Positions 20,036 through 29,578 of a stretch of 64,000 nt of DNA are shown here, one piece after another. A program made the position numbers and the translations under genes. A model generated the notes under the pieces. The model had not been told where the DNA came from. It worked only from the letters and a program-made list of their open reading frames with translations, and searched no databases. Position 1 is the first letter of the stretch; every line of letters starts with the position of its first letter. Origin of the DNA: Pseudomonadota bacterium (GTDB taxonomy: Bacteria > Pseudomonadota > Alphaproteobacteria > Rhizobiales > Xanthobacteraceae). Where the stretch lies: assembly GCA_040387615.1 (NCBI GenBank), contig JAZKDK010000021.1, positions 72,311 through 136,310 of the forward strand, read 5' to 3'.

Positions 20036-20939
20036 AGCCAAATCACGCGACACGGTGCTGATCGTCGACGATTCGCCGGAAACCCTGCGCATGCTGACCG
20101 ACGCGCTCGACGGCGCCGGCATGACGGTGATGGTCGCGCTCGATGGCGCGTCGGCGCTACGCATCGGCGAACAGATCGTGCCGGACATCATCCTGCTCGA
20201 CGCCGTGATGCCGGGGATGGACGGTTTCGAGACCTGCCGCCGTCTCAAGCGCGAAGCCAAGCTCGCCGGTGTCCCGGTGATCTTCATGACGGGCCTTGCC
20301 GAAAGCGAGCATATCGTGCGGGGGCTGGAGGCCGGTGGCGTCGACTACGTGACCAAGCCGATTGTCATTGTCGAGATGCTGGCGCGGATCAAGGTACACC
20401 TTGCAAACGCCCGGCTGACCCAAAGTGCGCGCGCCGCACTGGACGTATCAGGGCGTTACCTGTTTGCGGTGGATCATCGTGGGCGCATCATCTGGGCAAC
20501 GCCGCAGGCGGAGAAGCTGGCGCGCGCCAGAGGCGACGAGAAATTCGAACTGCCGGAGCCCTGGCTCGACTGGCTCGACCAGATGCACCGGGGAATGGCT
20601 GAATCGAAATCGCCGCCCGCGATCTCATTGCGCGATGAGAAGCTCCGACTTCAATATATGGGCCGGCTCGGCGCGAACGAATTCCTGCTGCGGCTGGCCC
20701 GGGACACCAGTTCGGATTCGCCAGCGGAATTCAGCAAGGAGCTGGGGCTGACCAGCCGCGAGGGAGAAGTGCTGTCCTGGCTGAGCAAAGGCAAGACCAA
20801 TCGCGACATCGCGCAGATCCTGGGCCTCAGCCCGCGCACCGTCGACAAGCATCTTGAGCAGATTTACGCCAAGCTCGGCGTCGAAAATCGAACCGCTGCG
20901 GCGGCGGTCGCGAGCAACGCGAGCCGCCAGCGGATGTAA
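20025..20939 (+). CDS. Response regulator, N-terminal REC plus C-terminal LuxR-type HTH
   Basis: LIVDDS, LLDAVMPGMDGF, DYVTKP; LTSREGEVL...GKTNRDIAQILGLSPRTVDKHLEQIYAKLGV; overlaps kinase stop. Confidence 0.92.
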   Translation: MIIEAKSRDTVLIVDDSPETLRMLTDALDGAGMTVMVALDGASALRIGEQIVPDIILLDAVMPGMDGFETCRRLKREAKLAGVPVIFMTGLAESEHIVRGLEAGGVDYVTKPIVIVEMLARIKVHLANARLTQSARAALDVSGRYLFAVDHRGRIIWATPQAEKLARARGDEKFELPEPWLDWLDQMHRGMAESKSPPAISLRDEKLRLQYMGRLGANEFLLRLARDTSSDSPAEFSKELGLTSREGEVLSWLSKGKTNRDIAQILGLSPRTVDKHLEQIYAKLGVENRTAAAAVASNASRQRM

Positions 20940-20950
20940 GTATTATTGTG

Positions 20951-20997
20951 AGCGTGATCTTGTCCGAAAACCGGTTCCCACTTTTCGGGATCACGCT
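20951..20997. repeat. Short palindromic intergenic repeat, family B
   Basis: agcgtgatc...ccgaaaaccggttcccacttttcgg gatcacgct. Confidence 0.8.
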
Positions 20998-21771
20998 TTA
21001 GCGTTCAGCGAACGCCTTCTCGACAACGAAATCGGCGGGCTCGCCGTGGTTGCCTTCCACGAAGCCACGATCCTCGAGCAGCTTCTTGGTGTCCAGCAGC
21101 AGCGCGGGGCTTCCGCACATCATGACGCGATCCTTGGCAGCGTCGAGCTGCGGCAAGGAGATGTCGTCGAACAGTTTGCCGGATGTAATCAGGTCGGTGA
21201 TGCGGCCGCGATTGCGGAACGGGTCACGCGTCACGGTCGGATAATAGATCAGCTGGTTGCGCACCATGTCGCCGATCATCTCGTCCTGCGGAAGCTTCTC
21301 GGTGATCAGCTCGCCGTAGGCCAGTTCCCTGACGTGACGGCAGCCGTGCAGCAGCACGACCTTCTCGAAACGCTCGTAGGTCTCGGGGTCCTTGATGACG
21401 CTCAGGAACGGCGCGAGGCCGGTGCCGGTGCCGATCAGATAGAGGTTGCGGCCGTCGGTCAGGTTGTCGATTACCAGCGTGCCGGTCGCCTTGCGGCTGA
21501 CGATGATCTCGTCGCCTTCCTTGAGATGCTGAAGGCGCGAGGTCAGCGGGCCCTCGGCCACCTTGATCGAGAAGAATTCGAGGTTCTCTTCGTAATTCGC
21601 GCTCGCGACGCTGTAGGCGCGCAGCAGCGGCTTCTCGCCGACCTTCAGTCCGATCATGGTGAACTCGCCATTGCGAAACCGGAACGAGGAATCACGCGTG
21701 GTCGTGAAGCTGAAAAGGTTGTCGGTCCAGTGATGGACGCTCAGAACGGTTTCCTGATTGAAGTTGCTCAT
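20998..21771 (-). CDS. fpr: Ferredoxin(flavodoxin)-NADP+ reductase
   Basis: RAYSVAS, GPLTSRLQ, GTGTGLAPF, MMCGSP; start set at ATG 21771 (MSNFNQE). Confidence 0.93.
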   Translation of the reverse strand: MSNFNQETVLSVHHWTDNLFSFTTTRDSSFRFRNGEFTMIGLKVGEKPLLRAYSVASANYEENLEFFSIKVAEGPLTSRLQHLKEGDEIIVSRKATGTLVIDNLTDGRNLYLIGTGTGLAPFLSVIKDPETYERFEKVVLLHGCRHVRELAYGELITEKLPQDEMIGDMVRNQLIYYPTVTRDPFRNRGRITDLITSGKLFDDISLPQLDAAKDRVMMCGSPALLLDTKKLLEDRGFVEGNHGEPADFVVEKAFAER

Positions 21772-22019
21772 AACCGGACCCATGCTCTTGCAATCGGTGA
21801 GCGCACAATCGCCGGACTTGCGGGCGGTCACGCCTCACGCAGAACTTCATTTGCCAATGAATTTTGCTGGATGGCCTGCATCGCAGGCGAAGACGGTGGC
21901 AGCATTCACGACGGGAGTGAAATAGCCGAATTTACGTTTCCGGTCAATTACATACCGCGCCTGCGTCATGCCCCGGAGGCAGACCGGCGTTGCATTCTAA
22001 GATCATGTTCCACAGGAGA

Positions 22020-22055
22020 AATTTCCTCCCGCACGGAGCCCGCCGGGAGGAAATT
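22020..22055 (-). terminator. Stem-loop after the mvaA-SBP operon
   Basis: 12-bp stem aatttcctcccg / cgggaggaaatt about 60 nt downstream of the SBP stop. Confidence 0.5.
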
Positions 22056-22117
22056 ACACTCAATCCAAACGTCCGGAACACCACGGCCGGGCGAGCGCAC
22101 GGCCATGGAAACCGGCC

Positions 22118-23338
22118 CTACTTCTTCACCATCGGGCAATTGCCCTCGGCTATCGGCCGGAATGCGTCCGCCGCCGGGATCGTTTCAACCAGCTTGTAGA
22201 AATCCCAGGGTGCCTTCGATTCCGCCGGCGTCTTCACCTGGAACAGATACATGTTGTGGATGTGACGGCCGTCCTCGCGGATCGTGCCTTCGCCGAACAG
22301 CGGGTCCTTCGACGGCATCTCCTTCATCTTGGCGACGACCTTTTGCCCGTCCGTCGTATTCGCGGCGGCTGCGGCGCGCAGATAGTGCAGCGTGCCGGCA
22401 TAGACGCCCGCCTGAATTGCCGTCGGCCGCTTGCCGCCGCCCACCGCTGCGGTAAAGCGATCGGCGAACTTGCGCGTGCCTTCGTTGGTGTCCCAATAGA
22501 AACCTTCCGTCAGATAAAGGCCCTTCGCGCCCTGTAGACCAATGGCGTTGACGTCGGTGACCTGCATCAGCAGCGCCGCCAGTTCCTGCCCGCCGGCCTG
22601 AATGCCAAACTCTGTTGCCTGCTTCACGGAGTTGACGGTGTCGTTGACGGCGTTAGCGAGCGCAACGATCTTGGCCTTGCTGGCCTGTGCCTGCAAAAGG
22701 AACGACGAAAAGTCCGATGCGCCCGGCGGATGCCGCACGCTGCCGAGGATCTTTCCGTTTTCCGCCTTGACGACATCGGACGCATCTTTTTCAAGCGAAT
22801 GGCCGAAAGCGTAGTCCGCCGTGACGAAGAACCATGTGTCCTTCTTTGCCTTCAGCAAAGCCAGAGCAGTGCCGTGCGCCAGCGCCCAGGTGTCGTAGGT
22901 CCAGTGCACGGTGTTGGGCGAGCACTTCTCGCCGGTCAGCAGCGACGAACCGGGGCCCGATGCAATGAACGCGGTTTTCGAACCGCGTGTGGCTTCCTGC
23001 ACCGCCAGTGCCACCGACGAGAACGGCACGTCGAGGATCGCATCGATCTTGTCGATGTCCATCCAGCGCCGCGCAATAGCGCCGCCGATGTCGGCCTTGT
23101 TCTGGTGATCGGCCTGAACGAGTTCGACCTTGATGTCCGGCTTCTCGGCCTTGAAATCCTCGATCGCGAGACGTGCGGCGGCAACCGAACCTGAGCCCGT
23201 GGAATCCGTCGCGATGCCGGTGAGGTCAGTCAGCACGCCAAGCTTGATCGTGTTGTTGGCAATCTGCGCACTTGCTGGCGTCATGAGCGCCAACAGCATC
23301 GCTGCGCCTGTCAGAAAAGCCGATTTCGATTTACGCAT
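22118..23338 (-). CDS. Branched-chain-family ABC substrate-binding protein (no adjacent co-oriented permease)
   Basis: Signal peptide, IKLGVLTD, ADHQNKADIG, CSPNTVHW, TADYAFG, GTIREDGR; start set at ATG 23338. Confidence 0.88.
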   Translation of the reverse strand: MRKSKSAFLTGAAMLLALMTPASAQIANNTIKLGVLTDLTGIATDSTGSGSVAAARLAIEDFKAEKPDIKVELVQADHQNKADIGGAIARRWMDIDKIDAILDVPFSSVALAVQEATRGSKTAFIASGPGSSLLTGEKCSPNTVHWTYDTWALAHGTALALLKAKKDTWFFVTADYAFGHSLEKDASDVVKAENGKILGSVRHPPGASDFSSFLLQAQASKAKIVALANAVNDTVNSVKQATEFGIQAGGQELAALLMQVTDVNAIGLQGAKGLYLTEGFYWDTNEGTRKFADRFTAAVGGGKRPTAIQAGVYAGTLHYLRAAAAANTTDGQKVVAKMKEMPSKDPLFGEGTIREDGRHIHNMYLFQVKTPAESKAPWDFYKLVETIPAADAFRPIAEGNCPMVKK

Positions 23339-23393
23339 TATTATCCTCCCGGTTGAATTTCTTATGTGGGTTGTCCGGTCTCGCCGGAATGTC

Positions 23394-24677
23394 CTAGCGT
23401 CGAATGGTCTCCAATACCTCCTGCGCGACATCGATACGCACCGTCGCGCGTTCGACCAGCACCTTCGCCACAGCCTCGACTTCATCGCCGATAGCGCCGG
23501 CCATGATCGCGATGTTCTGCGCATGAAGCGCCATGTGACCCGACTGGATGCCCACCGTGGCGAGCGCCTTCAGCGCCGAGAAATTCTGCGCAAGCCCAAC
23601 TGCCGCGATGATGCGCGCCAGCCGTTCCGCCGTGGTGACGCCGAGAATCTTCAGGCACGCCTGCGCGGTGGGATGAATCTTGGTCGCGCCGCCGATCAGG
23701 CCAACCGCCAGCGGCAATTCGATGGAGCCTGAGAGATCGCCGTTCTTATTGACCTCGTAGCGCGTCAGGCTGGTGTAGCGTCCACCGCGCGCCGCATAGG
23801 CATGAGCGCCTGCTTCCACCGCGCGGGTATCGTTGCCGGTCGCGAGGATGACGGCGCTGATGCCGTTCATGATGCCTTTGTTGTGGGTCGCGGCGCGATA
23901 CGGATCGGCTTCGGCGAACTGATAGGCACTGATGATGCCGTCGCGCACGCTTTCGCCGCCGATGTCGTTGAGTTTCCACACCGCATGGGCACGTGCGAGT
24001 CGCCGGTCGGCAAGATTCGACAAGATGCGCAGGAACACGCGCCCGCCGCTCCATGTGGCGATATGCGGCGCGATTTTCTCCGCCATGGTGTTGACGGCGT
24101 TGGCGCCCATCGCATCGCGCGTATCGACGATCAGATGCGTGATGACCATCGGCCCGCCGAGCGTATCGAGAATGCGTACCTCGACATCGCGGAAGCCGCC
24201 GCCGAGTTTCACCAGCAGAGGATCGCAGGCATCGCAAATCGCCTTGATCTCGTCGCGCTTTTCCAGAAGGCGAAGCCGCGCGGCATAAGGATCGGGCACA
24301 TCGACGGCCTGCACCTGCGCGATCATCAGCGTGCCGGACACCGACGTCGTGAAGCCTGCATCGTAGGTCTGTCGCGACGCGTTGCAGACCGCGGCGACGA
24401 CGGAGGATTCCTCGGTCGCCATCGGGATCAGCACGTCTTCACCATCGACCTTCACATTGGTCGCGATGCCGATCGGCACATTCATCGTGGCGATGACATT
24501 TTCGATCATCTTGTCCGCGAGTTGCGGCGACAGATTGCCCATATCGGCCAGATGAGCCGCGGTCGCGGGATCGAGACCCGCGAACGAAGCCACGAGATCG
24601 AGCCGTTCCTGCGGCGACTTGCGATGAAATCCGGCGATCCGCGAACTGCGGTTCGCGCCATGCTTGGCGACAGTCAT
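23394..24677 (-). CDS. mvaA: Class II (degradative-type) hydroxymethylglutaryl-CoA reductase
   Basis: ENVI, PMATEESSVVAA, DAMGANAVNT, ILSNL, ATHNKGIMNG, DTRAVEAG and GIQSGHMALHA class II motifs. Confidence 0.9.
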   Translation of the reverse strand: MTVAKHGANRSSRIAGFHRKSPQERLDLVASFAGLDPATAAHLADMGNLSPQLADKMIENVIATMNVPIGIATNVKVDGEDVLIPMATEESSVVAAVCNASRQTYDAGFTTSVSGTLMIAQVQAVDVPDPYAARLRLLEKRDEIKAICDACDPLLVKLGGGFRDVEVRILDTLGGPMVITHLIVDTRDAMGANAVNTMAEKIAPHIATWSGGRVFLRILSNLADRRLARAHAVWKLNDIGGESVRDGIISAYQFAEADPYRAATHNKGIMNGISAVILATGNDTRAVEAGAHAYAARGGRYTSLTRYEVNKNGDLSGSIELPLAVGLIGGATKIHPTAQACLKILGVTTAERLARIIAAVGLAQNFSALKALATVGIQSGHMALHAQNIAIMAGAIGDEVEAVAKVLVERATVRIDVAQEVLETIRR

Positions 24678-24802
24678 TATTCAGCGTCTCCCAGACCGAA
24701 GTCCTCTTGAGGGGATTCTCGGTCGCGGAAACTGTATGGTGATGGGGGTACACCACAAGGAACACTTTGCACAATTTCAGGAAGGTCCGTACCATTCGCA
24801 CC

Positions 24803-26209
24803 ATGGGTACAGTTCAACATTCCGGCGGCAGAGCAGCGCGATCGCGCGTCGAAACCATCATCGATGCGATCGTTGCGCGGATCGAACACGGCGCGATCCG
24901 GCCCGGCGAGCGCCTGCCGTCGATCCGCGGCGCATCGGAACTGTTCAGCGCATCAAAAAATACCATTGTCGATGCTTATGAACGGCTGGTCGCGTCGGGG
25001 CAGATCGAAAGCAAACCCGGCTCAGGTTTTTTCGTCTCCCTTCATCGGCCCAAACGCGCGGAGACCGCCGAACCCGCCAAGGTCGGTGCCGTCGACAGCG
25101 TCTGGCTGCTGCGCGAGCAACTTGAAAAGCGTCACGAAGTGCGCGTCGGCGACGGCCGCCCGCCGGCGGCGTGGATGGAAGGTTCGGAAGTCGGTCCATA
25201 TCTGCGTCCGGTCAGCCGGCCCGGACAACGCAATCTTCCAGAGAGCTACGGCAGCCCCTATGGCCTGCTGTCCTTGCGTCAGCGCATCGCGGGTCTTCTC
25301 GCCGAGAGATCGATCGGCGCGGAGCCGACGCAGGTTCTTTTGACTCAAGGCGCGAACGACGCGCTCGACATGATCGTGCGTCAGTATGTCGAGCCCGGCG
25401 ATCCCGTCCTGGTCGACAGTCCCGGCTACTATCCGCTGTTCGGCAAGCTGCGGCTCGCCAAGGCACGGTTGATCGGTGTGCGGCGGACCGTGGATGGGCC
25501 GGACCCGGACGATCTCGCCGCCAAGGCCGCCAGCACTGGCGCGCGAATGTTCTTCACGCAGTCGCTGGCGCACAATCCGACGGGCTGCTCGATCACGCTG
25601 CCGGTCGCCTATCGGCTGCTGCGCACCGCGACCGAGCACAATTTACGCATCGTCGATTCGGATCCGTTCGCCGACGTACTGTCCAACACCAGCCCCCGCC
25701 TCGCCGCGCTCGATCAGCTCGATCGCGTGATCTATGTCGGCACATTCGCCAAAACCCTCTCCGCCAGTCTTCGTTCGGGATACATCGCCGCCAATGTCGA
25801 TACTGTCGCGCGGCTGGCTGATCTCAAGATGATCACGCGCGCCAACAGCTCGGGCTATATCGAGCAGATCATCTACGACCTGATCACCAGCGGGCGTTAT
25901 CGCGGCCACCTCAAGCGACTGAGCGGCCGCATCGAAGCTGCCACCCGCCAGGCGAACGACACATTGTCACGCCTCGGCCTCCCAGTGTTCGGCCAGCCGC
26001 GCGGTGGATTTTATATGTGGTGCGAACTGCCCGGACATATCGACGACACGCAGCTTTCGCGTGTCGCCGCCGAGCGCAGCATTCTGCTGGCGCCGGGGTC
26101 GGCCTTCAATCCGGACGCGACGCCTGCGCGTCCCGCGATGCGCGTCAATATCGCGCATGTCAGCGATCCGCGGTTCGCAAGCTTCATGGATGAACATCGC
26201 GCGCCGTAG
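24803..26209 (+). CDS. MocR/GabR-family regulator (GntR wHTH plus PLP aminotransferase-like domain)
   Basis: GERLPSIRG...SKNTIVDAYERL...GSGFFV; GTFAKT PLP-lysine motif; start set at ATG 24803. Confidence 0.92.
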   Translation: MGTVQHSGGRAARSRVETIIDAIVARIEHGAIRPGERLPSIRGASELFSASKNTIVDAYERLVASGQIESKPGSGFFVSLHRPKRAETAEPAKVGAVDSVWLLREQLEKRHEVRVGDGRPPAAWMEGSEVGPYLRPVSRPGQRNLPESYGSPYGLLSLRQRIAGLLAERSIGAEPTQVLLTQGANDALDMIVRQYVEPGDPVLVDSPGYYPLFGKLRLAKARLIGVRRTVDGPDPDDLAAKAASTGARMFFTQSLAHNPTGCSITLPVAYRLLRTATEHNLRIVDSDPFADVLSNTSPRLAALDQLDRVIYVGTFAKTLSASLRSGYIAANVDTVARLADLKMITRANSSGYIEQIIYDLITSGRYRGHLKRLSGRIEAATRQANDTLSRLGLPVFGQPRGGFYMWCELPGHIDDTQLSRVAAERSILLAPGSAFNPDATPARPAMRVNIAHVSDPRFASFMDEHRAP

Positions 26210-26469
26210 CGGTTTTCCCGGTCGCGTCGCCGGATGACCGTGCAAGAAATCCAAACAGGCTGCGGTGAATTCGTGGACATCACGCAATTTCGGCATCGCA
26301 ACATTAATGCATGGCAATGTTCCGGCCGCGCAAAACGAAAATTCCGTTTCAAACAGACCCGTGCTGCAATCATCCGATCTTTGCTTGACTTGAACTTGTC
26401 CGGCCAGCAGTCTGTGAACGCAAATAAAAAGCACCGAACACGAATTCGGATGCATCAGGGAGAAACGTC

Positions 26470-27687
26470 ATGAAGTCATTTCTCAGCCTTCTCGCAACAG
26501 CGAGCATCGTCAGCGCCGGCGCCCTTCTCACTCCAAGTCCCTCATCAGCCCAGCAACCCATCAAGATCGGCGTTCCAACTTCGGTCCAGCTTCAGGTCGG
26601 GCGCGACACGCAGAACGCCATTAAGATGGCAATCGAGGACATCAACAGCAAAGGCGGCCTCGTCGGCCGCAAGCTTGAAATGGTTGTCGCGGATGAAACC
26701 GAGAACCCCGAACAAGGTATCGCGGCGATCAAGAAGCTCACAGCCGACGACAAGGTCGATGTGCTGATCGGCGGGTACACCAGCGGCGTGACGCTGGCCC
26801 AGTTGCCCCACATTTCCAATTCAAAGACGATCTATCTTGGAGTCGGCGCAGCATCTCCCGCGATCACCGCAAAGGTGAAGGCCGACTACGAAAACTACAA
26901 GTACATCTTCCGGGTTTCCCCGATCCATGCCGGCCATCAGGCCCGCGCGCTGGTCGATTTCATCAGCGGCAAGCTCAAGGGCGAGATGGGCCTGAAGAAG
27001 ATCGCCATCGTCGGCGAGAATGCCAAGTGGGTGCAGGATCTGGTGCCTATCCTGAAGAAGGGCGCCGTCGAAGGCGGCACCGAAGTGCCGATGTCCGAAT
27101 TCTTCGACACCTCGACGTCGGACTTCTCGCCATTGTTCGCCAAGGTCAAGGCCAGCGGCGCGCAGTATCTGATCGTGATCCTGTCACATGCGTCGTCGGA
27201 CATCTTCGTCAAGCAGTGGCATGACGCGCAGGTGCCGATTCCGATCGGCGGCATCGACGTCAAGAGCCAGGACGCTGACTTCTTCACCCGTGTGAGCGGC
27301 AAGGCGCTGTCCGAGACCGTCGGCCTGTTCGCGACCCGCGCCGCACTGACGCCCAAGACGATTCCATTCTGGGATGAATTCGTGAAGCGCTATGGCACCG
27401 CGCCGGTCTACACCGGCGTCGGCGCTTACGATGCGATCTACGTCTACGCAGAAGCCGTGAAGCGAGCCAACTCGGTCGAGCCGAATGCGGTGATCAAGGA
27501 ACTCGAGAAGACGGACTATGTCGGCATCGCCGGCAAGATCCAGTTCGACGAAGTCCACGATGTTAAGACGGGACCTGGCCTGCAAAATCTTCTGTTCGCG
27601 CAGTGGCAGAAGGACGGTGCCCGGATCGTGGTCTGGCCGAAGGCTTCAGAAACGGGAAAGATGATCCCGCCGCCCTGGATGAACTGA
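26470..27687 (+). CDS. Branched-chain-family ABC substrate-binding protein
   Basis: Signal peptide, IKIGV, INSKGGLVGRKLE, GGYTSG. Confidence 0.9.
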   Translation: MKSFLSLLATASIVSAGALLTPSPSSAQQPIKIGVPTSVQLQVGRDTQNAIKMAIEDINSKGGLVGRKLEMVVADETENPEQGIAAIKKLTADDKVDVLIGGYTSGVTLAQLPHISNSKTIYLGVGAASPAITAKVKADYENYKYIFRVSPIHAGHQARALVDFISGKLKGEMGLKKIAIVGENAKWVQDLVPILKKGAVEGGTEVPMSEFFDTSTSDFSPLFAKVKASGAQYLIVILSHASSDIFVKQWHDAQVPIPIGGIDVKSQDADFFTRVSGKALSETVGLFATRAALTPKTIPFWDEFVKRYGTAPVYTGVGAYDAIYVYAEAVKRANSVEPNAVIKELEKTDYVGIAGKIQFDEVHDVKTGPGLQNLLFAQWQKDGARIVVWPKASETGKMIPPPWMN

Positions 27688-27707
27688 GCAGTTTGACGTC
27701 GTGAGAA

Positions 27708-27738
27708 CGCCGGCCGGTAACAATCTTACCGGCCGGCG
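27708..27738 (+). terminator. Intra-operon perfect 13-bp hairpin after the SBP gene (attenuator or mRNA stabiliser)
   Basis: cgccggccggtaa-caatc-ttaccggccggcg. Confidence 0.55.
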
Positions 27739-27792
27739 ATCCTGAAGGCTCGCCTTCCCCTTACGCACGAAAACAGCAACAGCAGGCGGTTT

Positions 27793-28647
27793 ATGCTCGA
27801 GATCCTGATTTACGGCGCTGTGTCCAGCGCGATCTACGCGATGCTCGCGGTGGGCTTCACGCTCATCTTCGGTGTCGCCCGCATCCTCAATCTCGCGCAC
27901 GGCGCATTCTATGCCCTTGGCGCATATGCGGCTTATGTCTTCACATCCCTGCTGAATCTGCCGCTGTTCATCGCGGCACCGCTGGCCGTCCTTCTGGTCG
28001 CGGGGTTTGGCGTGCTGATGGAGCGGTTTCTGGTGCGGCCGTTGCGAGCATCGCAACTCGCGGTGCTGATGATCACGCTCGCCGTATCACTGGCGGTCGA
28101 ACAGGCGCTGTTCATCACCTTCGGTTCCGAATACAGAAACGTGCCATCCTTCGTCGCTGACAAGGTCTCAATCGGCGGTGTCGATATCGGCGGGCAGAGA
28201 TTGCTTGCGCTGGTTGCCGGCGTTCTGGTGCTACTGACGCTGTGGCTCTTCATTCAACGCACGCGCCTCGGCGCGGCGATTCTCGCGGTGTCGCAGGATC
28301 CGGAAGCCGCGCAGTACATGGGCATTCCGACCAACCGCATTTTCTCCATCGTGATGGCGATCTCGGCGGGCACCGCGGCGCTCGCAGGCGTGCTGGTCTC
28401 GCCGTTCCTCACCGTGCAGCCGACCATGGGCTTGCTGCCGATGGTGAAGGCCTTCGCCATCGTCATCGTCGGCGGGCTCGGATCGATCCCAGGCAGCATC
28501 ATCGCGTCGCTGATCCTCGGCTATTCCGAGACTATCGTCGCCTATCTCGTTTCGACGTCATGGACCGAACTGGTTTCGCTTGTCGCGGTCGTTATCACCC
28601 TCATGATCAGACCGTCCGGGATTCTCGGCCGGCGGGCGGCGTTCTGA
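27793..28647 (+). CDS. ABC permease (LivH-like)
   Basis: GFTLIFGVARILNLAHGAFY, GGLGSIPG, RPSGILG. Confidence 0.92.
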   Translation: MLEILIYGAVSSAIYAMLAVGFTLIFGVARILNLAHGAFYALGAYAAYVFTSLLNLPLFIAAPLAVLLVAGFGVLMERFLVRPLRASQLAVLMITLAVSLAVEQALFITFGSEYRNVPSFVADKVSIGGVDIGGQRLLALVAGVLVLLTLWLFIQRTRLGAAILAVSQDPEAAQYMGIPTNRIFSIVMAISAGTAALAGVLVSPFLTVQPTMGLLPMVKAFAIVIVGGLGSIPGSIIASLILGYSETIVAYLVSTSWTELVSLVAVVITLMIRPSGILGRRAAF

Positions 28648-28648
28648 C

Positions 28649-29578
28649 ATGCGGCAGATTTCTTCGATTGACGTTGCTGGCGGTATCGCTGTGGTGGCCG
28701 TGCTTGCACTCGCCCCCGTGTTCGTGGCCAGCAACTATCTCACCGGCGTGCTGACCGTCTGCGTGATCTACGGCATCTGGGCTTCGAGCTGGGACTTCAT
28801 GTCGGGCCTGACCGGCCGCGAGAATTTCGGCCACTCGCTGTTCATCGGCGCAGGCGCCTACACCTCGGGATTCATGGCCACGATCTGGTTCACGAATCCG
28901 TGGTACAGCCTGCCGGCGGCGGTCGTCATCGCGGTCATCTTCAGTCTGATCGTCGGCTTCCCGACATTGCGCCTGCGTGGTCCTTATTTCGCGCTGGCCA
29001 TGCTGTCGGCCTCCGCGATCCTGCAACGCCTCTGCCTGATCTTCTGGGAACAGACGGGCGGCGAGGAAGGCCTCTACGGTCTTGAGCCGTTGATCCGAAA
29101 TCCCCTGCACTACTACTGGTTTGTGCTGGCGATCCTTGTCGTCACCGTCATCGTGCTGGCGCTGCTCGCGCAATCGCACTGGGGCCTGTTGCTGCGCGCC
29201 ATTCGCGGCGACGAAGCGACCTGTCAGGCGGCGGGCATCAACGTGACCTTCTACAAGATCGCCTCGCTCGCCATCAGCGCGGCCTTTGCCGGGCTCGGCG
29301 GCGCGCTTTATGCGCACTACCAGCTCCAGGTCAGCCCGCCGCTGTTCTCGGTGGTGGTGTCGATTACTGTCATCATCATGGTCTATGTCGGCGGCATCGG
29401 TTCGATTTACGGTGCTGCGATCGCCGCGATCCTGCTCACGTTGCTCACCGAGCTGCTGCGCGGCTTCGGCGAATACCGGCTCTGGATCTACACCCTGACC
29501 CTGATGCTGATCCTGTTCTTCCTGCCGAACGGCCTGATCGCGCCGCTCTGGCGCAGAATGACGGAGCGCTTCCGATGA
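28649..29578 (+). CDS. ABC permease (LivM-like)
   Basis: LRLRGPYFAL, GGEEGL, RAIRGDE, LPNGL. Confidence 0.92.
   Translation: MRQISSIDVAGGIAVVAVLALAPVFVASNYLTGVLTVCVIYGIWASSWDFMSGLTGRENFGHSLFIGAGAYTSGFMATIWFTNPWYSLPAAVVIAVIFSLIVGFPTLRLRGPYFALAMLSASAILQRLCLIFWEQTGGEEGLYGLEPLIRNPLHYYWFVLAILVVTVIVLALLAQSHWGLLLRAIRGDEATCQAAGINVTFYKIASLAISAAFAGLGGALYAHYQLQVSPPLFSVVVSITVIIMVYVGGIGSIYGAAIAAILLTLLTELLRGFGEYRLWIYTLTLMLILFFLPNGLIAPLWRRMTERFR

Noticed and set aside
20854-22455. 533-aa plus-strand ORF containing RKPVPTFRDHAL
   Set aside because: Antisense to fpr; the peptide is simply the translation of the family-B repeat
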